A stretch of DNA of 64,000 nucleotides from Octopus sinensis (lineage: Eukaryota): NCBI RefSeq assembly GCF_006345805.1, contig NC_043014.1, forward strand, positions 18,166,001 through 18,230,000, in the 5' to 3' direction. A program made the position numbers and the translations under genes. Under the pieces are notes generated by a model that saw only the letters and a program-made list of their open reading frames with translations, was not told the origin of the DNA and did no database searches. This document shows, one piece after another, positions 27,100 through 41,212 of this stretch (positions within the stretch are counted from its first letter, which is position 1; each line of letters starts with the position of its first letter).

Positions 27100-28850
27100 T
27101 TTGTGACAGAATATCACGATGACATCACTATCATGTCAGTTTATGGGGATTTATGATTGCCTCAGATGTTGAAAGCCAAAGAAAGTAAACTTTAGAATTG
27201 TTGTTCAGTTTTAAATGAACTGTCCATCTCTTGTATGTAATTTTCATTGTTTTATACAGAGCCGATAATTTATAATTTTTCGATAGCATGTACAGCCGTT
27301 CGAAATTTGATTAATTTCTTAGAGTTAAACAGGCAAGCGGAGTGAATAAAGCATCTCTGAAAAATAATCCACGTCTTGTTTAAGGGTTTACGGATGTTTT
27401 GTTTAATCTTTTCTTTATCTTTCAGTTTATTTAAGTTCTTCATTTTAAGATAGAATGGATGATATACTGGCTTAGTATTGGGACAACTTTGTTTATATAC
27501 AATCTCTCCAACAGCCGAGGGCGTTGTATGATATCGATGGCTTTTCAGTAGTCAATATATACCATACAGAGAATTTTGTCTCCTCTAACTGCTCGGTTTA
27601 CCATTTGTGTGTTTTAGTACTTAGGAATTAATATTGTTTTTTTTCTCTCTTGTAACCAATTGGATGCTGATTCTGGTCCCTATAGTAAATTAAAGACTGC
27701 TGCTGATATAGCACCATCATGTGCTGGTTAAATAGCTGAAGCAGAAATCGGGAGCTTTATCAATCCCAGGAGCTTTTCAGATACAAGTAGTCAGGATTTC
27801 CTTGTCAAAAATTTCCCAATAAATAAGATGGGCGATGCTTGTGAATTTTATTGTTTTTTTTCTCCGTCTCTATTTTTTCGTCCATTGAGCATCATTATCC
27901 TGTTGTATATTTTCATTTATATACTTTCTCACTAAGTTTAAATCTCTGTTGTATTTCTTCGCTGTAATGCTTTTCTTTTTCTTTTTCTTATAGATATCAT
28001 TGTAGAATGTTTTATTATTTATTTTAAATGCGTGATTCTGATAGCAAAAAATGCTCACATTTCTGAGTATTTTTGCCTGGAACAGTGGTTTCAGTTTTTT
28101 TCTTTATTTTCAGCATCTATTCTATTTTCATATTATGTTTTCTTAATATTTGTCTAGTTTGTTTGTCTTTTCATACTAAACCTCTATCTGTTTATTTCCA
28201 TATCTTAAGATAGGTTTGATCTATTTTTTGTTGATATTATAATGATTATTTTCTTTCGCCTATTGTTTGATGGGTGTGGGTGAGAAGTAATTTATTCTTT
28301 TACGAACAAACCCACATATTGTTGTATATCCTAAACAAATTATATCTTTTTGTGCAGTGCTGTTCGAGGTTGCTTACGTACAAACAAATATCTTCTTGTT
28401 TAGTTCTAGATAGTGCATATTTATACGCAAAATTGTTCCAACGCCGACCATGCCATCTCTATTTAAACACCCTACATCTCAGGCAGCCTTATTCATTTTA
28501 CTCTGCATTGGTTAAAATGTCAGGGTATGTCGATGGAGGTTATGCTGTTATTTCTATGAAGATGAGGAATCAGATTCAGCTTGCTCTTGATAGCTCACAG
28601 TGCCTGGTTGTGTTTTTTTATATTAGTTTTCGAGGAATATAATTGCTTATACGTAATTTAAAGATTGTTTCTATTGATCTCGGATGATTGATTTTTAAAT
28701 CACACATATAAAATTTACTTTATATGCATAAATGCATATATACATACGTATTTACATAATATATGCATTCGTGGTAATCCTGGTGAGCAGAGTGGAATGG
28801 GATGTATAAGATTCTTTGGTTGCCCTCGGATGTTGTTTATCCCTACAGTT
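27100..28850 (-). mobile_element. Old, deleted R4/Dong LINE copy
   Basis: Minus-strand remnants LFQAKILR..FCYQNHAFKINNKTFY, DNDAQW, KAPGIDK, TILIPK, LCMVYIDY*KAIDII and RRGLFFRDA; collinear with the element at 1-1218. Confidence 0.7.
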
Positions 28851-28949
28851 CGAATTTTCTCGTTGTTGTATTTTATTGTTTCCATTGTATTGCCCTAAAT
28901 TATTTTGCTGCCCTTGTAATCAATAAAAGGATTGTTATTAAATTAGTCG

Positions 28950-29493
28950 AGTACATTCTGAGGATCACCCCACCACACACAGGTTTCCTCTGTCTGGCGA
29001 AAGCGAAGGTGTGGTTGACGAGGTCCAAAGAAAAAAAAGAATAATAAATTGAGGAAATACACCTTTTCCTTTGGTTAAGCCCTCATTAACCTCTTTTAAA
29101 GTTCTAATTGAAAAGAAAAGGGATAATGGGAAGAAAAGTGCTCTCCCAGTAAATTTATGGGAAGGCGGGTGACGTTTTCAAAAATGTAAAAGGTGAATGG
29201 ACCTGCTGCAAGCATATGCATGTTGACTGGAGAACAACAGTTGAGGGTTCGTACTTTTGGTGGTCAGGGTAACCGTGGATATCTGGAGCTCCTTGACTGG
29301 CTCTTGTTTGAGGTTCTCTCGAATAAGAACAGTAGCCTTTATCTGTTGACATATTTTGTATACTCTTCATATAATTGTTATCCCATTTCACTGTTTTTCC
29401 TTTCTTTCCCCTCATATTTTAAGTAGCCTCCACACAAATTGTAGACTATCCTTATGATGTCCTCCTTATCTATATATAACTGTAACATATAAA
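28950..29493 (+). mobile_element. L1/Tx1-type LINE 3' end
   Basis: EYILRITPPHTGFLCLAKAKVWLTR...ALINLF..LKRK.. then a pyrimidine-rich UTR; homologous to 25340-25780 at protein level. Confidence 0.55.
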
Positions 29494-29496
29494 GAC

Positions 29497-29557
<61 letters not shown>

Positions 29558-30182
29558 GTCTTCATTATTGTTGTTGTTTTTGATGATGTTGGCTTTGTTA
29601 AGCCGGTGAGCTGGCAGAATCATTAGTAGACCGGACACATGCTTAGCGGCATTTCGTCCGTCTTTACATTCTGAGTTCAACTTCCATCGAAGTCGAATTT
29701 GCTCTTCCTCTTTTCATGGTTGATAAAATATGTACCTGTCAAGTACTTGGGTCGATGTAATCAATTTCTTCTATTAAAAACTGCTTACACAGTGACAAAA
29801 TTTAAAACCATTTACTATATTATCAAATATTCTGTTATGCTATGTACGACCTCAAGTGTGGCTACTATTTCAAGCATGACAGATGATATAGCATTTATTC
29901 AACAAATTTGGCGTTCCACTACAATTCCAATCTGCTTTCCCCAACAGTGAGCCACAATATGTCATCCCTCACTGCAAGAAATAGCAACGAAATTTCCTTC
30001 ACATAATATATGCCATTGTCTTAAAAATAGAAAATGAAGGGTACACTGGGTGATGTAGTCCAAGATAATCCGAATCAAAAGACTGGAGTAGAAAGTCTTT
30101 CATAACAATTCTTCTGAAACACGGCTGAGTATGGCCAAAAACGCAGGGAAAGATGAACAAGACCAAGAAGAACAACAAAAAC

Positions 30183-30186
30183 AGCA

Positions 30187-30246
<60 letters not shown>

Positions 30247-30304
30247 ACTACTACTACTACTACTACTGCTGCTACAACTGCTACTACTACTGCTACTACT
30301 ACTA

Positions 30305-30339
<35 letters not shown>

Positions 30340-30364
30340 ACTACTTCTACTACTACTACAACTG

Positions 30365-30403
<39 letters not shown>

Positions 30404-30414
30404 TTACTACTACT
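30183..30414. repeat. Compound (CTA)n/(CTG)n trinucleotide microsatellite
   Basis: Direct inspection; source of the poly-L/S/Y pseudo-ORFs. Confidence 0.95.
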
Positions 30415-30582
30415 CATCCAGCCAGTGTATATCTAACCTATAAATGACAAGACTGCGTTATGAAGAAATACGTATGTATATGTGTATGTATGTATGTATG
30501 TGTATATATAATATATGTGTGTGTGTGTGTTTATATATATATATATATATATATAACAAATATATATATATATATGTATATA

Positions 30583-30641
<59 letters not shown>

Positions 30642-31079
30642 TAATATATATATATAAGTGTGTATATATGTACGTATAGTTATACAGACATATCATCATA
30701 CACATATAGTATTGTTGGGTTGTAAAACGTAACAGGCTTCCGCAGAGAAAATGTATGGATTGTTTTGTTGTAACACTTAAACAGGGGGCTGGTTAACTAA
30801 AGCTGGAATCAGTTGTTGTTGATGTTATTTTCCTTTTCTTTTCGTATTGCTTTTGTCTTTGGTCACAGGTTTTACATAAATCAAAGGGTGACTATGGCAG
30901 TTTGAATAAAACAAACTTCACCATCTCCTATATATTTTGTATTCAGCATGCCGCAAAATACCCGAAAGTATTGTTGTAACAGTATCATTTACACCAGATT
31001 TAGTTAAAAGTAGGAAAGCTCTAGAATTTGCCACTCACAATATATCATGTGAGTTTATGTATATGTGTGCGCACCGATG

Positions 31080-31135
<56 letters not shown>

Positions 31136-32280
31136 TATATATAATAATATATATATTATATATATAATATATATAATATATATATATATATATATGTATG
31201 CATGCATGTATGTGTCTGTGTGTGCATATATATATATATATATATATACATATATACACATATACATATATATATCTATTCTTTTATTCTTTTACTTGTT
31301 TTAATCATTTGACTGCGGGCATGCTAGAGCACCGCCTTTTTAGTCGAACAAATCGACCCCAGAACTTATTCTTTGTAAGCCTAGTACTTATTGTATCAGT
31401 CTCCTTTGCCAAACCGCTATGTTGCTGGGACGCAAACACACCAATATTGGGTTTCAAGTGATGGTATGGGGGGGACAAACAAATACACAATCACGCACAC
31501 AGACACACAAACACACACACACACTCACTCACACACAGACAGACACACATACAGACACAGACACACACACATATGATACACTTCTTTCAGTTTAAAAAGC
31601 ACCTAATACACTCTGTGAAGTGGTTGACATTAGAAAAGGCATACAACTCTATAAACCATAAAAAGTAGGTACTGGAGCATATATTAAGTATCATCTTCAT
31701 AATTTTCTCGATTTTTGAGTTGTTTTATTTGTTAGTTTACTTGTTTGTGACGTTCTTGTTTCGCAGAATCGTTGTTGCAGAATCTCTGCTGTTTTTATTT
31801 CAACCAAATCCTGACACTGATCAAGAACAATTTGAGCCAGACAACTCTGAGACAGCATGTGAGTCTCTACACGTATGCTTTACTTGTTAAACATAATATA
31901 TAAATTGACTCCTTATCATCTTAAAAAGGAAAGGCGCTTTGACTATTGTAGATTCAGATATATAAAAAGGTAGGAGGAATGTTAAGTAGAATTACCCTAC
32001 GGGCTAAACACATCCACTACCACCCAAATCTTTTAGCTCCAGCATTTGAAACTCTGAGTTTTCTCATGACAACTTACTGATTGTTCTATACTATATATAA
32101 ATTCCTCTATTTACATAATATCGAGATCTCATTCTTTTGTTGTCATTTTATTATTAGTCATATATATATTTGATTTCAAGTGATGGTATGGAGGACAAAC
32201 AAATACACAATCACGCACACAGACACACACACACGCATACTCACAGACATACAGACATATATGTATATATATATATATAT

Positions 32281-32345
<65 letters not shown>

Positions 32346-32355
32346 CATGCATATA

Positions 32356-33646
32356 TATCAGGTCTTCCCATACGTTCTGTCCAAATTTTGAATAAAGAAA
32401 CTAGTGATCAAATGTTATATTTAATTGAAATTGAATCATCAATGTACTTTCACTGATTATCTATGACTTCCTTCCATGTATTTACAAGCTTTTTAATCCC
32501 ATCAATGTAAAGCTCTTTTCGTTTCAAAAGGAAGAACTCTGAATTGTCAGTTTCGACCTCCTCCTGGCTTGCAAAATTTATGTCCCACAAATGATTCTGT
32601 AAACTACGAAACAAATGGTAATCTGAAGGAGCAAGATCGGGAGAATAAGGTGGGTGAGGAATTTTTTCCCACCAAGCTCTTCGATCTTTTGTGATGTGAT
32701 CTTCGCAGTGTGGGGTCACGCAATGTCCTGATGAAACTTCACTCCTTTTCGATTCTCGAAAGCGGGTCTTTTTTTCTTCAAAGCTTAGTTCAAACGCTCT
32801 AATTGCTGACAGTAGACTTGAACATTGATTGTTGCATTGGGTGGTAACAGTTCAAAGGAAATTACTCTTTGCAATCACACCAGATAGGGAGAAGAATCTT
32901 TTTTTCCATGAAGTTCCCTTCTCGGTTGTGGTTGAGCATTTTCCCTTTTACCAAGCCACTGTTTACGACGTTTAACATTTCGATAGATGATCCATTTTTC
33001 GTCACCAGTCACAAGTCTATCCAAAAAGGGTGAAATGAGTTCGTGAGAATGGAGAGAAGAGCAGATGTCAAATCGGGATTTGCGGTTGCATTCAGACAAT
33101 TCATGAGGCACCCATTTTTCAAGTTTAGGAATATTTCCAAGTTGTTGAAGTTGTATGGTTGAACAGTTGTATGGTTTGAACTAAGCTTTATTGCCAATTC
33201 GCCAACTGATAATGCAGGATTTTCTTCAAGCAATCCTCAAGGAGCTTATCATCAAACTCAACTGGACGTCCTGTCCGATCTTCATCTTCAAGACTGAAAT
33301 CTCCACTTCTGAATTTTGCAAACCATCTTCTGCAAGTTCTTTCATTCAAGCATTCTTTCCCATAAACTGAGTGTATGTTTCGAGTCGCTTCGGCTGCAGA
33401 GTTTCCTTTTTTGAACTCATAAAGCATTATGTGCCTTAAATGCTCTTTGGATACTTCCATGTTAGAAAGGGTTTTAATCAAAGAAAATTTAATTCTCTTA
33501 TTCTGTAAAATAATATTTAATTAGTTTAAATGTACACAAACGCAGAAAAATAATTTTTAATTCCATTAGACATTCTAAAATACTATTAAATTTCATTCAA
33601 ACTTAAAAAGGGTAAAATCGGACAAAACTTATGGGATGACCTGATA
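32356..33646 (-). mobile_element. Full-length (~1.29 kb) mariner element with disrupted DD34D transposase
   Basis: TIRs tatcaggtcttcccatacgttctgtcc / ggacaaaacttatgggatgacctgata in TA context. Motifs HLRHIMLYEFKKG, PHEL, VTGDEKW, HPPYSPDLAPSDYHLF; frameshifted. Confidence 0.95.
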
Positions 33647-34596
33647 TATTTATATATGTATATATGTACGTCTGTGTGCATGTGTGTGTGTGTGTGTGTG
33701 CGCCTATCTGTCTGTGTTTGTTCCCCACCACCGCCCGACAACCGGTGCTGGTGTGTTTATGTCCCCGGTTCGGCAAAAGTGACCAATAGAATAAGTGCGT
33801 GCCATGTTTTAAAAGTAAGCCCTGGTGGCGATTTATTCGATCCAAAATGTAACAAGTAATGGTGGTGAAAGATTGTTTTCACCACTATTACTTGAAGCGA
33901 AATCGAAATGTAGATGGTGAAGCACCTTGTGTCACCAGAGGAGTCACTTGTGCGCTGTGCGTTACATCTGGTGCTATTTCATAGTTCCATGTCCACTAGG
34001 AAGCAGTGCAGTACGAATCTGAAACGATTGTTGTGCTAATAAATGCTTCTTATTTCTTTACTGCCCACAAGGGGCTTATAAATGCTTCTTGTTACACTCC
34101 GTATTCTGTATTTATTTTTATAATATATCCTATGTGCACCTTGGAATTCTGGACGTAGATCCAACAACGAACGCACAGTTTCGCTGATAACGCCTGGTGG
34201 CCATAAGTGGTGAATGTGCTCTGCAGACATTACCCGGGACTTACCCTGAATCTAAGTTTGGATACTGCTTTTAACGTCTACTTTCTAAACCTTAAATCGA
34301 CAGTTTTGTTTAGAATGGAACAAAAATAAGGTTATATGCATAAATATACAATTAGTTTAATAGATACACATTTGAAAGCGGTTTTGTTTCATTGGTCCTT
34401 TCAACTAACGGTCTTTTCCATAACCGGTTGCATGCAGTAATAAATTGCGGTTTAAAAGCATATTATCATAAAAATCGAAGAAAACCTTAAATCAAAAATA
34501 GCTTATAAAGAAGGAAAAGGCCTGAAAACCCAGGGTAGATCATTAGCTGTAAAATATTAATAAATTAATAAATTAAAAGATATAATCCGTTTAAAA

Positions 34597-34659
<63 letters not shown>

Positions 34660-36039
34660 TATATATATATAGATACTAAACATACAGATGCAGGTACATG
34701 GCTACATACATATACAGATATATATATATATGCAAGACATTATATACAAAAGCATATAGATGTACGCACGCACACATACACACGCGCACAAAAAATCTGC
34801 TGGCGTATACTTATACAAGTCATTTGTTACAAGCGAAAGGAAGAGAAAGAAAAAAATCAGATAATAATAAGTAGAGGGAAGAAAGAAAACAGTGGAAAAG
34901 AAAAAAAGAAATAAAAGACAGAAAAACAGAAGATTAGAGAGGAAGGGAAAAATAGATACGAGTAGAGAATGTGAATTGATGGCGTTCGAAAAGTATCTAA
35001 AGAAGATTAGATAATTCATTTAGCTTGCGAAACGAACGCATAAAAGCGCGCACATAAAATTACATGTATATCTACATAAATACAAACATACATACAAACA
35101 CATACACATATAGATACGTATACAAATATGCAAAAATATGTACGTAAATACATCATGCTCACATATTTAAAAGTATACACACACCCACACACACACACAT
35201 ATATATGTATATATGTATATGTAAATATATATATGCATATATATACATATATATACACATGTTCACACACGATATATACGCACACACATACATACATATA
35301 TATACACATACCTACAATACATACATACACAAAAATATATAGACATATCTTCACATCAAGATAAATATACACATCATAACGTACATACGCAAATAATTTT
35401 AAAATTACTGTCTGGTGTATGTAATATTAAAATGTTAAAATAAGGAAATTGCACATTAATTTGATATAACATAATTAAATGCATGAGTAAACAACAAAAT
35501 AAAAATAAACCTCCACTAAGCTTAAGCTTAAATTTGTAAAACAGTCGAAGGCTTTCTTAAAAGTGAAGTCGCAATATGCACTAGCACTGCAAAGCAAAAT
35601 AACTACAACGTGTAAATTCAAATTCAAATGCGACAGTCAAAATTTTCCGAAAGTCATAACATTTTACACATACGGTATTTTATCGTTTGACATTTTAAAC
35701 CTCGCGGCGTACCTGCAGGAATTTAAGAGCTTGCGTCTCTGGTTCAAAGCATGTTTATCCTAGAACAGCATGAAGGACGTTTCTGAGATGCAAAGATTAC
35801 ATTTCATAGACCTTTTATCATCATACGGACATGGAGCTTGTAAATTGCTCGAATATCGCGCTTTGACAGCCCATTTCAGATAATTGTCACAACGATTTCT
35901 TTATTACCCACAAGGGGCTAAACACTGAGGAACAAATACAAACATATAAGTAAGGACTCAACCTACACCGTTGCGAATTCGTTGCGACAAACGAATGGGA
36001 AAATGAAAATAATGAATAATGAAACGGAATGAAGCCACT

Positions 36040-36640
36040 CGACCTCACATCCGAGAGACTTCATTTACACTTTTTAAAACATTTTTTTACAAACTTATAA
36101 TTAAGAAAGTTTAACTTAGGCGGCAACTTAGTCGCGTCCGCAGTCACGCCTATGTCCAATGTTTCTCACCCACAGTTTCCCTTTAAATCAAATCACCTTT
36201 TTGGGTGGTGGTTGGGGAGCTTTGGGCACCTATCTGTGTTATTGTCTGTGTCATAAGGGACAGGGGTAGGATTGATGACTGCAGGGTGAGGGTATAACAG
36301 CATGGGATCGGGTGGGAGTCGGCTGGGAGTCGAGTAGGGTGGTGATTCACATTTTTTCCTCAGACCTTTTCTAGTTTTCCACCTCTTAGCTTGTGTCCAT
36401 TCCTGCTCTTCTTCCTTCCCAGGCTCTTCTTCGCTTATAGACGACTTAGCTAGAGGTGGAGGTGCTCATTTTTCTTTTTGTTCCTTTGCACTGGATAGAG
36501 GGAATTCTGCCTTAATGTGGTCTTTTGCCTTACATTTAAAATACCTAGGCCTCCTGCCCTCCACCATAGCTCTCAGCTTGATGTCGCCGTCGACCGTGAT
36601 GGTCTCCACTACCTTTTCTAGATCTTCCGGGGCGGCACTC
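36040..36640 (-). mobile_element. LINE ORF1 (gag-like zinc knuckle) C-terminal fragment
   Basis: ETITVDGDIKLRAMVEGRRPRYFKCKAKDHIKAEFP is a degenerate CX2CX4HX4C knuckle typical of L1/Tx1 ORF1. Confidence 0.6.
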
Positions 36641-36977
36641 TTGTCGACACTCTCATTTTAACAGCGCTTCCCCCATCAAACAAGGGGGACAGCGTTAACA
36701 GAACTACTGTAAGGCAACAGAAACAAGTGTCTTAAGACACAACAATTAATAACAAATACAACTTTGTCTAACCTTTCACACAAGCAAAATTCACGATCAA
36801 CTCAGAAACAGATTATTGTAACAAAGGTGAAAAGATATCAATGTTAAGTTATTGATGCATTTATGCTATCAGGAAATTGAAAAAAAAAAAAAATAAAATG
36901 CTTAAAAAATTCAAAACGCCGCAAAAATCTTCTTGGTTCAAAACGTTGCTTAGTTTTTACTGAACCTGATATATTTG

Positions 36978-37160
<183 letters not shown>

Positions 37161-37170
37161 TCATGGATTT

Positions 37171-37580
37171 GGTTCAGTCATTTGACTGCCGCCATGCCTG
37201 AAACTGCCTTTAGTCGAACAAATCGACTCCAGGGCTTATTCTTTGTAAGCCTAGTACATATTCTGTCGGTAACTTTTGCCGAACCGGTAAGTTACGGGGA
37301 CGTAAACACACCAACATCAGTTGTCAAGCGATAGTGGAGTGAAAAACACAGACACACAAACAAAAATATACATACATACATATACATTGATTGCTAGCCA
37401 CTAAACCTTTTATTATTTTTTCCTCTCTGTTTATTTATGAGTTCCTTTCTGTTGCAGAGCGTAGGTTCGAAACGTAAAAGACTTTCTCATTCCTCGAACG
37501 TTAAACTAATACATCCGTTTGTTGTTTACACACCCATCTTCGTCTTTTGTTTTGTTTGTTTGTTTTTTTTTGTAAATTCC

Positions 37581-37614
<34 letters not shown>

Positions 37615-37776
37615 GACGGGCTTCTTTCAGTTTCCGCTCACCTAATCTACTCACAAGGCTTTGGTTCGCCCGAAGCTATAATATAAGACACCTGGCCAAA
37701 TTGCCACGTAGTGGGACTGATCCCAGAATCATGTGGCTGAGAAGCAAGCTTCTTACCACACGCCCACACCTGCGCT
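37171..37776 (-). mobile_element. SINE family A interrupted by a ~195-bp insert (37388-37583)
   Basis: 3' part 37171-37370 and 5' part 37612-37776; the insert sits in the internal microsatellite. Confidence 0.8.
37445..37481 (+). ncRNA. Degenerate minimal hammerhead ribozyme motif
   Basis: cttt CTGTTGC A GAGC gtag GTTC GAAAC GTA aaag; same layout as 53083-53117 but the core is mutated. Confidence 0.5.
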
Positions 37777-38024
37777 TATATATACATATACGCAATGTAT
37801 ATTTATGTATCTATATCTATATAAACATACATATATACATATACACAAACATATACCTATACATACATACACATACATATATAAATTATATATATATGCA
37901 TACATATATATATACATATATATATGTGTGTGTATATATATATGTATATGTATACACCCCCCACACATATATATATATATGCTAAATGAAAGACGGAACA
38001 TGGAAGATACGAGCATTTTTATTA

Positions 38025-38127
38025 ATCACGACAATTGTTCCAACATATCTAGTATCAAACCCTCGCGGGTGGAATACTTAACTGGTTCAGAAGTAACCGA
38101 CGTTGCAGATATGTCTCTTGGGGTGAT
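38025..38127 (-). ncRNA. Decayed type I hammerhead with long stem-II insert
   Basis: ATCAC CCCAAGA GACATATCT ... AGATATGTT GGAA CAATTG TC GTGAT: all three stems intact, core mutated. Confidence 0.5.
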
Positions 38128-39333
38128 AAAGAGATATAACTTGTTTAAATAACAGTTCCACAATATATCTTCTCATTTCGTGTGAAGAAAAGCAGCAAAA
38201 GGAGAACTTAATTCATCCATACCTTAAAACAAATTATGTTAACTGTTACTCAAACTCATTCTCAAATGCATTGTGCGAAAGTACATTTACATGAACGTAG
38301 GCATCTTTCAGAAATTCTCTCAATGATCTTCTCATTGGTCCACAGAATAGAAAGGGATTCCTCGGAGCAGAATTGGCATCTCCTGGAAGTGATGTTTTAT
38401 GGTAATGCGTGCCTTATACACTCACACACATATATACCCCTCCCATATATATATATACATACACACATTTTATTGAAGTTTATTGAACAGCAGCTCTTTT
38501 GTCGGTTACATACAGTGAGTGTGTATATTTACGAGCTTGTGCGCGCCTGTGCGTAAATTTTGATTGCAGAAGCCAAAGTTACTACTTACAATTTCACTCC
38601 GTGGAGTTTTGGTTTCAGGCGACTAAATTCAATAACTTCCTAATAGTATTGAGTACAGTTCCTCTCGTTCATTAATTAACCTTGTCGTACACACAGAAAT
38701 AGATTTATAGTCATATATACATATATATATATGTAATATTCCTTGAACAACCTCACATCTGTTTTGTTTTAGAAGACAAGACGAAATCAAAACGTTCAAA
38801 TGTTTAAATGTCTAAGTGTCTAAGTGTCTGCATGTTAGAAGTGAAGAAGTATTTGTTGAAATGGAATGACAATCAAATGTTTGTCGTATCAGAAATAAAC
38901 ATTCACCGGTGTTTTCTCCTGAGGGTTTTGACAGAACAGTCACATACAAACAGTGGTTTGACGTTCAGAAGTTCGCTTTTTTGAAGTTTTTATTTTGATA
39001 TGTTTCGTGTTTTTTCCTTCTTCTTTATGGTTTTGCGTATGTGCAAGAGTATATGCATGTGTGTGTGTGTGTTTGTGTGTGTTTGTATATGTGTATTTGT
39101 ATCTGTGTTTATAAGAACCGTGTGTTTGTGTTTTTGCAGGTATATGCGTGTTTGTTGTGTGTGAACATATGTGTTTGTGTTTATGTATGGTGCAGTTAGT
39201 ACACAAAATTTTAATTTTGTCACTGTATAATCTGAGGCCAGGTTCGATCGAATAGGCCTATGAGCTAAAGCACTCTAGCCGTGACCATCTCATCTTCACA
39301 TACAAGTTTATCTGAGACAATATTATCAAGTTT

Positions 39334-39730
39334 AAGGCGGCGAGGTGGCAGAATCGTTTGCACGCCGGGCGAAATGCTGAGCGGTATTTCGTCTGCCGTT
39401 ACGTTCTGAGTTCAAATTCCGCCGAGGTCGACTTTGCCTTTCATCCTTTCGGGGTCGATTAAAATAAGTACCAGTTACGCACTGGGGTCGATATAATCAA
39501 CTTAATCTGTTTGTCTGTCCTTGTTTGTCCCCTCTGTGTGTAGCCCCTTGTGGGCAGTAAAGAAATAGTTATTTCAGCTGTTTTTACGTTCTGAGTTCAA
39601 ATTCTGCCGAGGTTAATTTTACCTCTCATCTTTTCGGGGTCGATAAATTAAGTACCAGTTACGTACTGGGGTCGATCTAATTGACTGGCCCCTTCCCTCA
39701 AAATTTGGGCCTTGTGCTTAGAGTAGAACA
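39334..39730 (+). mobile_element. SINE family C, well preserved, with duplicated core
   Basis: aaggcggcgaggtggcagaatcg head; the ttctgagttcaaattc...ggggtcgat...taagtaccag core occurs twice. Confidence 0.85.
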
Positions 39731-40337
39731 GTATATCATTAAGTTTTAAATGGAAAAAACCTGTAGAGTTTGATTTTATAAAGCTACAATATTTTTTAAA
39801 GTTTGGGGGACTACCCAGTGGTTAACTTAAGATAAAGAGAAGCAAACTTGTCCTCCAGCAGATATATCTCTTACCACAGGCTCATTCTTTTGACACCCCA
39901 TCCCCATAGTCTCCACTGTCAAAAACGGCGTGTTAGTGGGCACATTTTAATTAAATTTAAATGTATAGGTCCAGCAAACACATTTAGCTGCGTTGTGCCA
40001 AATTATCGAATTTTGTCGAATATCATGGTATCTAGAATTATGAGTAGCGACAAATGGTATATTCATATTTGTGTCTGTATGTATAATTCTAATGATATAT
40101 ACATACATTCATAATACATACATATATACATACATACACACACATATATATATATATGTATGTATGTATGCATGTATGTATGTATGTATGTATGTATGTA
40201 TGTATGTATGTATGTATGTGCATATAGTTACTTGTAACTTCATATGATAAAGTGTTCTCTGAGGATCCGTTGTGGTCGAGTATCTATATGAATTTGGAAC
40301 TTCTATCGCAGGGCTTTAAACCAATATACTTGTGAAA

Positions 40338-40620
40338 TCTCTTATTATAAAAGGCAGATTTTATCTGCCTCCCTTTGGGAGTTATAGAAATCTACAATAT
40401 AGGATTTCTTCAATTACAATTTACCTAGCATTTTTAAGAGTACAATGCATCGCGTCATGCCAGGTCCACTTTTTAAAATTTAAACTCCAATTAAGCAAAA
40501 TTTACAGAAAACTCACATTCTGGTGTTTGTGTCAAATGCTTTTCTTAGTCTGGTTTACACCACACGCAAACGCACACACACAGTGGGCAACGAATAAAAT
40601 GAAAGTAATTCACTTACTGT
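40338..40620 (+). mobile_element. Helitron-like 5' fragment
   Basis: A|TCtcttattataaaaggcagatttt, homologous to 7125. Confidence 0.55.
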
Positions 40621-40844
40621 AGTGAGTGATTCTTTCACTCTGCCTCCCACTTCCTCTTTCCACACATAGACACGCAAATATATAAATAAAATTGTAAGCT
40701 AACGTGCGTGTGTGTGAGTGTGTGTGTGTGTGCGCGTGTGTGTGTGTGTGAGGGTGCGCGTGTGTGTGTGTGTGTGCGTGTGCGTGAGTGTGTGACAGGA
40801 AAGTTTTTACGACGAATATAACACCTATATCCAAGTAGCAGAAA

Positions 40845-41212
40845 AAGACAGTAAGGTGTGATTTGAGGGAGATTTGGTTGCTATTTCTACCATGTCTAGC
40901 TGCCATGTAGGGGTCTCCCTCATAGGCTCATACATACATATATACATAGATAAGACAGTAAGGTGTGATTTTGGGGAAATTTGGCTGCTATTTCTACCAG
41001 GTCTAGCTACCATGTAGAGGTCCCCCTCATTGGCTCATATATATATACATACATAAGACAGTAAGGTGTGATTTTGGGGAAATTTGGCTGCTATTTCTAC
41101 CAGGTCTAGCTACCATGTAGAGGTCCCCCTCATTGGCTCATATATATATACATACATAAGACAGTAACGTGTGATTTGAGGGAGATTTGGCTGCTGTTTC
41201 TCCCAGGTCTGT
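40845..41212. repeat. Tandem array of ~103-bp units derived from a dispersed repeat
   Basis: Units start at 40845, 40952, 41055 and 41158; single copies of the motif occur elsewhere (e.g. ~12895, 14640, 29980). Confidence 0.9.

Noticed and set aside
38585-38622. ACTCC/GGAGT-GAAA hairpin on the minus strand
   Set aside because: Upstream core spacing and sequence do not fit a hammerhead.
40845-41212. CRISPR-like array
   Set aside because: Units are wholly repeated with no unique spacers; eukaryotic context and no cas genes.
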